Part shown: positions 51,881 to 62,346 of the stretch, piece after piece | How positions within the stretch are numbered: position 1 is the stretch's first letter | Layout of the letters: each line of letters begins with the position of its first letter | NCBI GenBank assembly: GCA_965197725.1 | Contig: CBDANQ010000040.1 | Span: 1 to 64,000, forward strand | DNA: 64,000 nt | Direction of reading: 5' to 3' | Source: Longimicrobiales bacterium | Lineage (GTDB): Bacteria; Gemmatimonadota; Gemmatimonadetes; Longimicrobiales; Gaopeijiaceae | Notes under the pieces: model-generated | What the model saw: the letters and a program-made list of their open reading frames with translations, nothing else | Database searches by the model: none | Told to the model about the DNA's origin: nothing | Made by a program: the position numbers and the translations under genes

Positions 51881-52232
51881 TGGAGGCGGCGGGAGTCGAA
51901 CCCGCGTCCGCACTTGGGTCCAGCAGAGTCTCTACGTGCGTAGATCACTGGTTTGTCTCACCTCGGGCGGTCAGTGATCAACCGACCCCGCGGCCAGTCG
52001 CCTGAAAATCTCATCCCCCGGCCCGGCGGCGAAACCGGGGGACCAGCTCGACTTATCGTCGCCTCAAGGACCGCCTCGAGCGGGCGATCAGGGAGACGGG
52101 CACGTAAGAAAGCTTACGCAGCCAGCGCCAGGTTGTCGTTGGCAGCTAAGAGTGTTCCCGAAGATTTACGAGGATCAGGACCTCGGCACGCTACTCCGCG
52201 TTCACCAAACACGTCGAAACCGGGACGCCCCC
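51881..52232 (-). ncRNA. ssrA: tmRNA; tag peptide ANDNLALAA* (52114-52143)
   Basis: 5' GGGGGCG pairs with 3' CGCCTCC-A including G3:U; T-arm GCGGGTTCGACTCCCGC; tag frame ending LAA-stop. Confidence 0.96.
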
Positions 52233-52330
52233 GATGATGCGGATGGTCTGTCAAACAGCCTGTGAGTGAAAACTACGCGAAATGCGGGGGTTCGGTCCAC
52301 CCGCGGGCGCGGCTCCAGTGGTTGCGCGGC

Positions 52331-53329
52331 CTATACCAGAGCTTCGGCCCTATGCTCAGCGAGGTAGCCCTCGAGCAGTATCTCGACGTTCTCGAGCGTG
52401 CTCGCTTGGAAGAGCTCGGTGCGGAGTTGTCTGCCGTCCGGCAGCCCTTTGGTATACCAGCCGAGGTGTTTTCGGAAGTCGATGATCGCCCGTTCGGGGT
52501 TCCGCTCGAAGGCGATCGCGTTCTGCGCGTGTTCGAGGCAGATCTCGAAGCGCTCTTCGATATCCGGATCGCTTGGGATGGGGTCTCCGTCCAGCGCCGC
52601 GCGAGCCTGTGAGAAGAGCCAGGGATCTCCGTGTGACCCCCTGGCGATCATGATTCCGGCGCATTCGGTTTCGTCACGCATGCGTCGAGCGTCGTCGCCT
52701 GTTCGGATATCGCCGTTCCCGATCACCGGGATCTCGAGCGCCTCGGCGACCGCACGGATCTCATCCCAGCGCGCCTCGCCGCTGTACATGTCGGTGCGCG
52801 TCCGCGGGTGAATGCACAACGCCCGTGCGCCGGCGTCCTGACAGCGGAGGCCGATGGCGACGGGATCCCGCGTCCGCTCGTCGAAACCGCTGCGGATCTT
52901 GACCGTCGTGGGCAGTGACGTGGCGTCGTCGACGGCTCGGACCAGAGTCTCGATCAGATCGAGGTCCCTCAAGCAGCCCGAGCCACCGTTTCGCTTCACG
53001 ACCTTCTTCACCGGGCACCCGAAGTTGATGTCGATGAAGTCCGGGCCGTACGTCTCGGCAACGAATGCGGCTGCGTCACGCATCATGGCGGGATCGGAGC
53101 CGAAGATTTGGATCCCGATGGGGCGCTCTTCCTCGTCGAAGCGCAGATAGTCGCGCGACCGCGGGGACCGCATGACGATGCCTGCCGCGCTCACGAACTC
53201 GCTCACCACGACATCCGCCCCGTACCGACGGCAGAGCCGGCGAAACGGGGACTCGCTCACGCCGGCCTGGGGCGCGAGGTATAGGGGCGTGTCGGAGCCG
53301 CTCAGTAGGGCGACAACGTCGGTAGACAT
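52331..53329 (-). CDS. dusB: tRNA-dihydrouridine synthase DusB
   Basis: LAPQAG, IDINFGCP, TVKIRSG, HPRT, GNGDI, RKHLGWY. Confidence 0.9.
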   Translation of the reverse strand: MSTDVVALLSGSDTPLYLAPQAGVSESPFRRLCRRYGADVVVSEFVSAAGIVMRSPRSRDYLRFDEEERPIGIQIFGSDPAMMRDAAAFVAETYGPDFIDINFGCPVKKVVKRNGGSGCLRDLDLIETLVRAVDDATSLPTTVKIRSGFDERTRDPVAIGLRCQDAGARALCIHPRTRTDMYSGEARWDEIRAVAEALEIPVIGNGDIRTGDDARRMRDETECAGIMIARGSHGDPWLFSQARAALDGDPIPSDPDIEERFEICLEHAQNAIAFERNPERAIIDFRKHLGWYTKGLPDGRQLRTELFQASTLENVEILLEGYLAEHRAEALV

Positions 53330-53461
53330 GATTCGAAGCTATCCCTAGCACCGGCCCAGGTGAAGCTGCTGGTCGCTCGGGGATGACGCACCCGCCAGCA
53401 TGCGGTTATTGTCTCGCTCCTCTGTAGGATGCGGCACCGCATCGAGATTCGGAGGCGATGG

Positions 53462-53914
53462 ATGCGTTTGAAGGAGCTCTTCACGTCGGATGTCGTGAAG
53501 CTCGACCTGGAATCCCAGAGCAAGGACGATTTGCTCAAGGAGCTGGTGAGCCTGCTCGCGCTCGACGAGAAGTCCGCGGCGATCTTGTTCAAGACCCTCA
53601 AGCGGCGCGAGAACCTCGGCTCGACGGGCATCGGAAAGGGCATCGCGATTCCCCACTGTCGCACCCTCGTGGTCAATCGCTTACGCCTCGCCTATGGACG
53701 AAAGCCCGGTGGCGTCGACTTCAACGCGATCGACGGCGAGCCGGTCTACAACTTCTTCCTGATCATCGCCCCGCCGCTCGAAGTCTCGAACCAGTACCTA
53801 CCGGTACTCGGGAAGATCGCGCAGTTCGCCAAGGACGCTGCTGTGCCGGGCGACCTTGGAGAGCTCACCGAGCCCGAAGAGTTCCTTGCGCTTCTCGCCG
53901 AAAAGGCATCGTAG
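53462..53914 (+). CDS. PTS EIIA component (fructose/nitrogen type)
   Basis: RENLGSTGIGKGIAIPHC, GVDFNAIDGEPV. Confidence 0.9.
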   Translation: MRLKELFTSDVVKLDLESQSKDDLLKELVSLLALDEKSAAILFKTLKRRENLGSTGIGKGIAIPHCRTLVVNRLRLAYGRKPGGVDFNAIDGEPVYNFFLIIAPPLEVSNQYLPVLGKIAQFAKDAAVPGDLGELTEPEEFLALLAEKAS

Positions 53915-53931
53915 GCGGCAGCCGTTCGTTC

Positions 53932-54378
53932 CTACTTCAGCACGGATATCTTTATAAAATCGCGGATGCCGTTCACCGTGAGCTGTACGAAGTAGATGCC
54001 GGAGGCGACCTGGCGGCCCGACTGATCGGTCCCGTCCCAGAACGCTTCGTAGGTACCGGGAAGAGCGTACTCGAGCTGGATGAGCTCAACGCCTGCGCCC
54101 GAGGAGTGACCGAGAGCGACCGGGGTGGCTACGAGCTGCTCGAGCAGGTTGAAGATGCGTAGGGACACAACGGCGGGACGCCCGTCCACGAACAATCCCT
54201 CCTCTAGAACGAAGGGTATCGTCGTTTCCGGGTTGAACGGATTGGGATAGTTCTGCTGTAGTTCGAAGCCACCCGCCTGACCAGACGACGCGGGAGGCCC
54301 AAGCTCCTGGGCGGATACGGCCTCAGCCGCGACGAAAAAGGAGAGGAGGACGAACAAGACGCCGACAATGCGTCTCAT
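53932..54378 (-). CDS. Small secreted FlgD-Ig/T9SS-CTD-like domain protein
   Basis: Signal peptide; LQQNYPNPFNPETTI, WDGTDQSG, ASGIYF. Confidence 0.8.
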   Translation of the reverse strand: MRRIVGVLFVLLSFFVAAEAVSAQELGPPASSGQAGGFELQQNYPNPFNPETTIPFVLEEGLFVDGRPAVVSLRIFNLLEQLVATPVALGHSSGAGVELIQLEYALPGTYEAFWDGTDQSGRQVASGIYFVQLTVNGIRDFIKISVLK

Positions 54379-54587
54379 GGATTCCTCCGCACGTTAGATG
54401 TGCTGTAGCCTAGGGTCAATCGCACTCCATGCATGGTTCACGAGCCGCGCACACACACGACTCGTATCATACCGTCTCAGGCTCCCGCGGGTCAAGCAAA
54501 ACGCCCGTTTTCCGTGGAATAACCTGAGCAAACCAACTCTGTGTTACCGTGGCGGGCCGTTTTTGTTGCCTACCCGCAGAAACGGCC

Positions 54588-56483
54588 TTAGGCGAGCACG
54601 CTTCGCCCTTCGTCGCTCCTCATTGTGACACCCAGGCCGTCCAAGTGGTTGAGCAACGGAATGAGGTGCTTTCGGGTCACTGGCAGCGCGTTCCGGAAGG
54701 CAGTCGGTCCGAGACCGGCCTGCCCGCCGAGCATCTCGCGCACCGCGGCGATCCCCTTCTCGAGCTCGGTAGTGCTCACGTAGTATCCGTCGGCGACCGG
54801 GCTGACGACCCCCTCTCCCTCGAGGAACTTCAAAAGCGACCACAGGTCGCCTCGGCCCTTGAGTGATGCCGGGAACTCGTCCACGAATGGTGGAGCGAGG
54901 CCTGCCGCCGCGAGCAACGCTCGGACTTCGTTCGCGGCCGCCTCCTGGTCTCGCGTCAGGGTCACCACATGTCCGGGCAAGCGGACGCCGCCATCGGCCG
55001 TTTCCAACACGCTTCGCTCGCAGAGCCTGGCGATCGTGGCATCGGCCAGGCAAGTCGCCGCCCACTCCGGTAGAGCCGTGCGCACGGCGGCGAGTGAGAC
55101 GGCTGGACGCAGCGGGTCCGTGGCCTGCGCAGCGGTGACCGCCGCCACGATACGGTCATCGGCCTGGGCGGCGATTTGTGCGGAGAAGAGGCGGCCACCC
55201 GTTCCCGGATCACCCTGAGTTTCGAGTTCGTCCAAGATCGGGCCCAGCTCGTCGACGGCGAGGCCAGTCGATACGGGGAACTTCGCTACCTCTGCACCGT
55301 GCCACCCGGCCAAGTCCAGAAGTGCACGAACACGCGCCCGCGCGTCGCCCTCCAGCACACTCTCGAGCCCCGCTCGAACGGTGTCGTCGATGTGATTTCT
55401 CTTGGGCGGCGTCGCCTCCGCGATCAGCCCGCCCCCGATCGTAGCAACCGGGGAGTACGCCCGGAGCACGAGCCGGTCGTGTGCTCGGGCGACGACGGGC
55501 TCCTCGAGTCTCAATTGCACCCACCCTGCTCTGCCGGCCCGGATCGTCTCGGCCTCGAGCAACGCGCAGCGGGCCATGACCTCCGCCGTTCCGACGTGAA
55601 CACGGACTCGCTGGTTGTGCTCGAGGCTCCAGGCCGTGTCCGCGAGCATCCTGACGCGAGCGGTGAGCATCCACGTCGGTGACCATGCCGAGTCCGACAC
55701 GAGCGTCGCGCCTCGTCCCACAGCGGTGCGGTCCGCTCCTTCGCCGGTCAACGATATCGCGGTCCGGTCGCCAGCCGTCGCTTGCTCGACTTCCCGACCG
55801 TGCACCTGCACGCCACGGACCCGCGCCTCGAGGTCGTCTGGGAGGATGCGCACCCGGTCCCCCTTGCCCAAAGTGCCGCTCCAGAGCGTTCCGGTAGCTA
55901 CCGTGCCGGTGCCCTGGATGGTGAAGACACGATCCAGCGGCAGTCGGACCAGGTCTCGGCCCGCGGACTTCTGTACTGCCCCCGCGGCGAGCGCCAAGGC
56001 CTCCCTGAGCTCGTCCATTCCGATCGCCGCCCGAGCGGACGTAGGCACTGACAGCGCTCCACGATACGGCGTCGGCTCGAGAAGGTCTTGAACCTCCGAG
56101 CGCACCAATTCCAGCCACTCTTCGTCTACCAGGTCGCACTTCGTGAGTGCGACGACGAGCTGCCGCACGCCCAGAAGCTCCACGATCGCAAGGTGCTCCC
56201 TGGTTTGCGGCATGACTCCTTCATCGGATGCGACGACGAGCAGAACGAGGTCCATGCCCGCCGCTCCGGCGACCATCGCACGTACGAACGCTTCATGTCC
56301 GGGCACGTCAACGACACCCAGGCGGGCTTGCGGCAGAACCCACTCGGCGAAGCCGAGCTCGATCGTGATGCCGCGGGCCTTCTCCTCCTTCAGCCGGTCG
56401 GTATCGACGCCGGTGAGCGCGTGCACGAGCGTGGTCTTGCCGTGGTCGACGTGTCCAGCCGTACCGAGGATGAGCCGCTTCAC
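54588..56483 (-). CDS. selB: Selenocysteine-specific elongation factor SelB
   Basis: GTAGHVDHGKT, RGITIELGF, DVPGHE, TKCD, C-terminal winged helix (TRKHLIPLL). Confidence 0.94.
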   Translation of the reverse strand: MKRLILGTAGHVDHGKTTLVHALTGVDTDRLKEEKARGITIELGFAEWVLPQARLGVVDVPGHEAFVRAMVAGAAGMDLVLLVVASDEGVMPQTREHLAIVELLGVRQLVVALTKCDLVDEEWLELVRSEVQDLLEPTPYRGALSVPTSARAAIGMDELREALALAAGAVQKSAGRDLVRLPLDRVFTIQGTGTVATGTLWSGTLGKGDRVRILPDDLEARVRGVQVHGREVEQATAGDRTAISLTGEGADRTAVGRGATLVSDSAWSPTWMLTARVRMLADTAWSLEHNQRVRVHVGTAEVMARCALLEAETIRAGRAGWVQLRLEEPVVARAHDRLVLRAYSPVATIGGGLIAEATPPKRNHIDDTVRAGLESVLEGDARARVRALLDLAGWHGAEVAKFPVSTGLAVDELGPILDELETQGDPGTGGRLFSAQIAAQADDRIVAAVTAAQATDPLRPAVSLAAVRTALPEWAATCLADATIARLCERSVLETADGGVRLPGHVVTLTRDQEAAANEVRALLAAAGLAPPFVDEFPASLKGRGDLWSLLKFLEGEGVVSPVADGYYVSTTELEKGIAAVREMLGGQAGLGPTAFRNALPVTRKHLIPLLNHLDGLGVTMRSDEGRSVLA

Positions 56484-57241
56484 GCACCGACCCCCTCATC
56501 CGGGGGGAGGAGTCCACCCAGGAAGCGGAGGGACTTGAGCGGTTTGGACACGACGTGATACGCCACGAAGTCGGAAAGCACGCCAAGGTGTCGGCGTGCG
56601 TACGTGAACTCCGTGTCGAGCTCGGACGCGAGCAGGTTCGCGATCTGATCGCGCGCGATGGGTCCGATGCGCGGCCCCGTGGCATCCTCGGCGCATCGGG
56701 CGCAGCGAACTCCACCGGACGCGAAGTCGAAACGCCCCACCTCGTCGTCCCCGAGCGGTGAGCCGCAGCGCACGCACGGATCGAGTTGGGGAGCGAACCC
56801 GAAGGCCTCCGTGATGCGCCAAACAGCAGAGAGCGCCGCTGCCGGCACCTGGGCGGGCTCGATCGATTCCAGAGTGTCGAGTCCCTCTTCGAGCGTACGG
56901 AGCAAATCGGGATTTCGCTCCTGGTCGGCGTGGGCAAGGACCAGCTCGGCAGTCGCGGAAGCCCCGGCAAAGCGCAGCACGTCGAGCCCGAGTCCATCTC
57001 TCATCCGTGTGCAGTCGAAGTCCTTCATTGTCTGCAGGTCACGGTGTGGCTTTATGTATGCCGTGAGGGTTCCGGTCGCGAACGTGGCAAGTGCGGTGGC
57101 GCCCTTTCCGCTGCGGGTACGAACCCCCCGAGCCATCACGCTCAGCAGTCCCTGGGCCTCGGTGTAGAAGCGGAGGATGCGACTGGTGTCACCGTAGTCG
57201 TGGGATCGCAGCAGCACCGCGGGGGTGCTGAGGGGGGCCAC
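56480..57241 (-). CDS. recO: DNA repair protein RecO
   Basis: AVLLRSHDYGDTSRIL..YT...G, CxxC...CxxC zinc motif, PLKSLRFL. Confidence 0.92.
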   Translation of the reverse strand: MAPLSTPAVLLRSHDYGDTSRILRFYTEAQGLLSVMARGVRTRSGKGATALATFATGTLTAYIKPHRDLQTMKDFDCTRMRDGLGLDVLRFAGASATAELVLAHADQERNPDLLRTLEEGLDTLESIEPAQVPAAALSAVWRITEAFGFAPQLDPCVRCGSPLGDDEVGRFDFASGGVRCARCAEDATGPRIGPIARDQIANLLASELDTEFTYARRHLGVLSDFVAYHVVSKPLKSLRFLGGLLPPDEGVGA

Positions 57242-58401
57242 TACGGCGCCCGACGAATGCGGCGAAGCAGCTCCGCGCGACGGCGCTCATACAGCGTGCG
57301 AGCGGCAGCGCTCGGATCCGCCTGGGCCTCGAAATCATCGTCGAGGCGCGCGACCTGGACGAGCAAGCCGTGCCGGTTCACGGCGGGTGAAACCGGTGTC
57401 TCGCCAGCCAAGGACAGACCGGTTCCCCGTAGCGCGAAGAGCCCCATGCCAGCGAGTAAGACCGCGAGCACGACCGCAACCGATTTCACCGGCGGCTGAG
57501 TCGGGGCATCGATCGCGACCAGACGGATCGAAGCTAGATCGACCGATCGGCCGCTGTATCGTCGGTATGTCGAGCCCACCTCCAGCTCTACCCTCGTGAG
57601 GAAGCGCAGACCCTCGACGTCCATGAGCGGAGCGGGCTCTCGGATGAGCACCTCGAACTGGTCGATGACACCGGGAGTGGGTATCGCCGTGAACATGTCG
57701 TCGAGCATGTACCGCACCACGAACATTCGGGAGCCGGGAGACATGGGGGCCCGGAGTACGAGGTCGCCGTCCTCGAGTTCGATGACGTCGGGGGCCACGT
57801 CACCCTCAACAACCGCGAACTCAGCCGCGCCTGATGCGAGCGGGTACCTCCAGACGGCGCCCGTTTCCCGCGTCACCACCGTACGCGCACCGGTGTTGGT
57901 TAGCTGAAAGACATCCGTTATGAGCCAACGGTTCTCGACCGCTTCGAAGAACACCGTCCTGATCTCGATCTGCAGATCGACGCCCTGCTCTGGAGCCAGA
58001 AGCGTATCGTATGTTTGAATCGCGTACACGGAGTCGAGCTGATTCGCCGTGGTCACGATATTGCCGAAGTAGCTCACCCCCTCGCGTCGTATCGACGCGA
58101 AGAAGACGTCTCCACGATCGGGGTCGGGCACGTTCGGTAGGCGGAGCGAGAACGAACCGTCCGGCGCCACCTGGGCGGAGTCCACCTCACTTTGCGTCGT
58201 GTGGGTGAGGTGGTGCAGGACAACCGTGCCGCGTGTGAGCGCGGTATCGCCTAGGAGCGCACGACCGTTCAGGACGGGGTTGGCTTCGACCTGGGCAGAG
58301 ATGGCCGCGGGAGCTGCGGAGGCTGAGAGCGCGACGAGGGAGGCGGCGAATGCGACTCGGAGCCGATTCGTGACCGAACCGTCAGGGCTTGAATCGCCCA
58401 A
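57241..58401 (-). CDS. Hypothetical exported protein with C-terminal TM and helical tail
   Basis: 386 aa in operon; signal-like N-terminus; VARLDDDFE...YERRRAELL tail; start uncertain. Confidence 0.7.
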   Translation of the reverse strand: MGDSSPDGSVTNRLRVAFAASLVALSASAAPAAISAQVEANPVLNGRALLGDTALTRGTVVLHHLTHTTQSEVDSAQVAPDGSFSLRLPNVPDPDRGDVFFASIRREGVSYFGNIVTTANQLDSVYAIQTYDTLLAPEQGVDLQIEIRTVFFEAVENRWLITDVFQLTNTGARTVVTRETGAVWRYPLASGAAEFAVVEGDVAPDVIELEDGDLVLRAPMSPGSRMFVVRYMLDDMFTAIPTPGVIDQFEVLIREPAPLMDVEGLRFLTRVELEVGSTYRRYSGRSVDLASIRLVAIDAPTQPPVKSVAVVLAVLLAGMGLFALRGTGLSLAGETPVSPAVNRHGLLVQVARLDDDFEAQADPSAAARTLYERRRAELLRRIRRAP

Positions 58402-58912
58402 AGTCCTCGGGGTTGAGCCTGCGAAGGCGCTCCTCGAGGTTTTCCGCGCTCGTTTCCTGGACGATGTCGAGGGTGACCTCCCCGAACATCATCTCCCCGG
58501 CGCCCTCTTCTTCGGGGATTTCGAGTGTTGCGGCCTCGAGCAAGTCCTCGTTGGCAAAGATGCCGGCGGTGGCCCGAAGCGCGAGCGCGATGGAATCCGA
58601 AGGGCGCGCGTCCAGACTGAAGATTTCACCGTTCCGTCGGATGAGCAGTTCGGCGTAATAGGTGCGCTCCTCGACCTTTGTGATCACCACCTTCTGAAGA
58701 CTGCCACCCAGGCCATGAAGAACCGAGCAAAGCAGGTCATGGGTCAGCGGTCGGGGAACCACCACCGCCTCCAGTTGCATGGCGATTGCGAGCGCCTCCG
58801 TCTCTCCGATGTAGATGGGGAGGAACCGGTCGCCGTCCGTTTCCTTGAGGATGACCAACGCAATGTTGTCAGAGCGGAACCGCAATTCATCTACCCTGAC
58901 TTCTACGAGCAC
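58382..58912 (-). CDS. Bifunctional nuclease family protein (DUF151)
   Basis: LPIYIGETEALAIA, PRPLTHDL, DARPSDSIALALR. Confidence 0.92.
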   Translation of the reverse strand: MLVEVRVDELRFRSDNIALVILKETDGDRFLPIYIGETEALAIAMQLEAVVVPRPLTHDLLCSVLHGLGGSLQKVVITKVEERTYYAELLIRRNGEIFSLDARPSDSIALALRATAGIFANEDLLEAATLEIPEEEGAGEMMFGEVTLDIVQETSAENLEERLRRLNPEDFGRFKP

Positions 58913-59045
58913 CTAAGATCCTCCGAAGTGAGGAAACCAGCAGGGCGCCCATGCCCGGCGGTTTCCACCAATACTCCAAAGCTCGCCTGGGGTTCTATTC
59001 GGCCGATCCGGCCGTCTGCGCAACGGCCTGCGCGAGTCGGGAGTG

Positions 59046-60224
59046 TCAGCCGCCCAGCGCCGTCCTGAGGTCGTCGGCGCGGTCCGTGATCTCCCACGGG
59101 AAGAACTGCACCTCCGGGCCGCCGGCGTCAGGTAGGCCGAGCTGGGGGTCTCGGCCGAAGTGGCCGTACGAGGCCGTCGCCGTGTAGATCGGCGACCTCA
59201 GCCCGAGTCGGTCGATGATCGCCACGGGCTTGAAATCGAAGACGTCCGAGACTGCGCGGCCCAATTCGGCCTCGGACACTTCGCCGGTACCGAACGTGTG
59301 CACGCGGATCGAAACGGGCTCGGCGACGCCGATGGCGTACGCGAGTTGGATCTCGCAGCGCTGTGCGAGCTTCGCCGCCACCACGTTCTTGGCCGCCCAC
59401 CGGGAGGCATACGCCGCCGAGCGATCGACCTTGGTCGCGTCCTTGCCGGAGAACGCCCCACCGCCGTGTCGTCCGACCCCGCCGTACGTGTCGACGATAA
59501 TCTTCCGGCCGGTGAGACCGGCGTCCCCGTGGGGCCCGCCGATCACGAAACGGCCCGTCGGATTGACGTGCATGATGCAGTCGTCGTCGAGTAGCTCTTC
59601 CGGTAGAACCGGCTTCACGACCTTCGAGATGATCTGCTGCACGAGGTCGTCGTGGGCCACGTCCTCGTCATGCTGCGCGCTGACGACCACCGTGTGGATG
59701 CGAACGGGCGTATCGCCCTCGTACTCGACCGTGACCTGCGACTTGCCGTCGGGCCGGAGCCACGGCAGCTCCCCGTTCCGGCGCATTCGCGCCAACTGCC
59801 GGGTGATCGCATGTGCGTACTGGATCGTCGCCGGCATCAGTTGAGGCGTCTCGTCGGACGCGTAACCGAACATCATGCCCTGGTCACCCGCGCCGCCGGT
59901 ATCTACGCCCATCGTGATATCTGGCGACTGCCGGTCGAGGTTGGTGAGCACCGCGCAGGTGAGGGAGTCGATGCCGAAGTTCGAGTTCGTATAACCGATT
60001 CTGTGCAGCGTGCCGCGCACCACGTCAGGCACGTGCACGTAGCAGTCGGTGGTGACTTCGCCGGCCACCATCGCGAGCCCGGTCGTCACGAGCGTTTCAC
60101 ACGCCACCCGCGACATCGGGTCCTGGACCAGAAGATGGTCCAGTACGGCGTCGGAGATCTGGTCGGCGATCTTGTCCGGGTGACCCTCGGTGACCGATTC
60201 CGACGTGAACAGGGTGCGGCTCAA
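59046..60224 (-). CDS. metK: S-adenosylmethionine synthetase
   Basis: [28 protein letters not shown]. Confidence 0.98.
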   Translation of the reverse strand: MSRTLFTSESVTEGHPDKIADQISDAVLDHLLVQDPMSRVACETLVTTGLAMVAGEVTTDCYVHVPDVVRGTLHRIGYTNSNFGIDSLTCAVLTNLDRQSPDITMGVDTGGAGDQGMMFGYASDETPQLMPATIQYAHAITRQLARMRRNGELPWLRPDGKSQVTVEYEGDTPVRIHTVVVSAQHDEDVAHDDLVQQIISKVVKPVLPEELLDDDCIMHVNPTGRFVIGGPHGDAGLTGRKIIVDTYGGVGRHGGGAFSGKDATKVDRSAAYASRWAAKNVVAAKLAQRCEIQLAYAIGVAEPVSIRVHTFGTGEVSEAELGRAVSDVFDFKPVAIIDRLGLRSPIYTATASYGHFGRDPQLGLPDAGGPEVQFFPWEITDRADDLRTALGG

Positions 60225-60286
60225 GGTAGGCGCCTCGTTGGGGTCGCGTAGCGTGGCCCGCTAGCGGGGGTCCCAACGCTAGGCTA

Positions 60287-62065
60287 TCACTCGGGAAGCG
60301 ACAAGCTCCAACGGCCCTGGAAGACCTTGAGATCGACGGAGTCCCCGATCCCCTCGACGAGACAGCGTGTCACGTCCGCGCTGGTCGGCGCCGCGAGCGC
60401 CTTGCGAGCAGCCTCGCGAGCGTCCTCCATGCGCACGGCGCGAATGACCTTCTTGATCTCCGAGAGCGACGGCCACGCCACGGAAAGCGCGGTGATATTG
60501 AGGCCGAGCAGCAGGAACGCCGCGAGCGGATTGGATGCCATCTCACCGCACACGCTGACCTCGATTCCCGCCGCGCGTCCGACCCTCGCGACCTGGTGCA
60601 GTTGTCGAACAACCGCCGGATGGAACGGGTTGTACAGTTTCGCGAGTCGGGTATTGTTGCGGTCCACGGCGAGCGTGTACTGGATGAGATCGTTGGTGCC
60701 GATCGAGAAGAAGTCCGCGTCACGCGCGAGCTCCACGGCTTCGAGCGCAGCCGCGGGAGTCTCGATCATCACACCCAGCTTGTACCCGGCATTGAAGGGG
60801 ATCCCGTCAGCCTCGAGCCGGGCCTCCTCTGCCCGAAGCAGCGCGCGCACCTGACGGATCTCGTCTACGTCGTTCACCAGAGGGAGCATCATGCGCACGT
60901 CGCCGTACGCCGTCGCCCTCAGCAGCGCCCGAAGTTGGGTGCGGAACAGCTCTGGTTCGTCGAGGCAAACGCGGATCGCGCGCCATCCCAGGAACGGGTT
61001 CTCTTCCCGTGGCATGTGCAGGAACATCGGGAACTTGTCCCCCCCGAGATCGAACGTACGGATGTACACGGCACCCTCGGGAAACGCCTGCGCCGTCGCT
61101 TTGTACGCTTGGAATTGTTCTTCCTCCTCGGGCATCGTATTGCGTCCGATGACGAGGAACTCGGTGCGGAACAGCCCTACGCCGTCGGCTCCGTGCAGCC
61201 GCGCCTGCTCGGCTTCGACGGGTAGGTCTAGGTTGGCGCGCAGCTCGACGAACTGACCGTCCTTGGTCACCGATTCTTGCTTGGCGATGACCGCGATCTC
61301 GCCCTCCCACGCTTCCAGCCGTCGCTGCCGCTGCCGGAAACGCTCCTGGTCGTGTTCGTCGGGGTCGAGGATGATCCGCCCGATCCGACCATCGACGATC
61401 GCGTGCTGACCCTCGACGGCTCTCTTGGAAACATCGCCCAAGCCGACGACGGCTGGGATTTCCAAAGAGCGCGCGAGGATGACCCAGTGCGCGGTGCGGG
61501 TCCCCAGATCAGTCGCGATGCCGAGTACCGCTGCCCTGTCGAGATGCACCGTCAGGCTCGGCGTAAGGTTCGGCGCGACGATGATCACGGACTCGTCGAG
61601 GCCTTCGAGATCGGTGGGGTCGTGATTCCCCAGGAGGCGGTGAAGCACCCGGATCATGAGATCTTCGAGGTCGTTCAACCGGTCGAGCACCATCGGATGG
61701 GAAGTGCGACTCCACATCGCCTGCAGCTCGAGCATCCGCCACTCGAACGCCCTCTGCGCGTTCAGCCGATTCCCTCGGATGTATCGAACCGTGTCGTCCA
61801 CCACCGCCGGGTCGTCGAGCATCAGGATCTGCGGATCGAAGATCCGGGCCTCAACCGACCCGAGTCGCGCCTCCGTCCTCTCCTTCATCTCGAATAGCCG
61901 AGCCTTCGCCCACTCCCGGGCCTGGTGGAATCGCTCGACTTCTTGAGGTGCATCGGCCTCTTCGAGGGTCTCGTGCGGCACGACTGGGACCCCCCAGTCG
62001 AGCACGAAGACGCGCCCGGAGCCGATCCCCTCGGACGCGGGGGAGCCGTCCAGGATGATCGACAT
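60287..62065 (-). CDS. ptsI: PEP-protein phosphotransferase (PTS enzyme I)
   Basis: RTAHWVILARSL (phospho-His), GLFRTEF, EENPFLGWRAIR, SIGTNDLIQY, VCGEMA. Confidence 0.95.
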   Translation of the reverse strand: MSIILDGSPASEGIGSGRVFVLDWGVPVVPHETLEEADAPQEVERFHQAREWAKARLFEMKERTEARLGSVEARIFDPQILMLDDPAVVDDTVRYIRGNRLNAQRAFEWRMLELQAMWSRTSHPMVLDRLNDLEDLMIRVLHRLLGNHDPTDLEGLDESVIIVAPNLTPSLTVHLDRAAVLGIATDLGTRTAHWVILARSLEIPAVVGLGDVSKRAVEGQHAIVDGRIGRIILDPDEHDQERFRQRQRRLEAWEGEIAVIAKQESVTKDGQFVELRANLDLPVEAEQARLHGADGVGLFRTEFLVIGRNTMPEEEEQFQAYKATAQAFPEGAVYIRTFDLGGDKFPMFLHMPREENPFLGWRAIRVCLDEPELFRTQLRALLRATAYGDVRMMLPLVNDVDEIRQVRALLRAEEARLEADGIPFNAGYKLGVMIETPAAALEAVELARDADFFSIGTNDLIQYTLAVDRNNTRLAKLYNPFHPAVVRQLHQVARVGRAAGIEVSVCGEMASNPLAAFLLLGLNITALSVAWPSLSEIKKVIRAVRMEDAREAARKALAAPTSADVTRCLVEGIGDSVDLKVFQGRWSLSLPE

Positions 62066-62346
62066 CAGTTCTCCTTGAAGCCGCGTCCGACGAGGTCGGC
62101 CAGAGCCTCGACCGCGTCTCCGGCATCGTCACCGCGGGCGGCGACTCGTAGGGTCGAGCCCTGCTCAGCCGCCAGCATGAGCACGCCCATGATGCTCTTT
62201 CCGTTCACCTCCAGGCCGTCCTTCTCGACGGTGATGCGTGAGGCGAAGCTGCCTGCGAGCTTGACGAACTCGGCGGCGGGACGTGCGTGCATGCCAGCGC
62301 GGTTCACGATCTCGATTGCTTGCTCGGCACGTGGGGCCTCGATCAC
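62065..62346 (-). CDS. ptsH: Phosphocarrier protein HPr
   Basis: GMHARPAA (His15), NGKSIMGV (Ser46); GTG start overlapping the IID stop. Confidence 0.93.
   Translation of the reverse strand: MIEAPRAEQAIEIVNRAGMHARPAAEFVKLAGSFASRITVEKDGLEVNGKSIMGVLMLAAEQGSTLRVAARGDDAGDAVEALADLVGRGFKEN

Noticed and set aside
55900..55914. GGGC-ACCG-GCA-CGGT on the minus strand, resembling the micro-element
   Set aside because: Encodes the conserved SelB QGTGTV motif in an intact frame, with a short stem and no following CG; a chance match.
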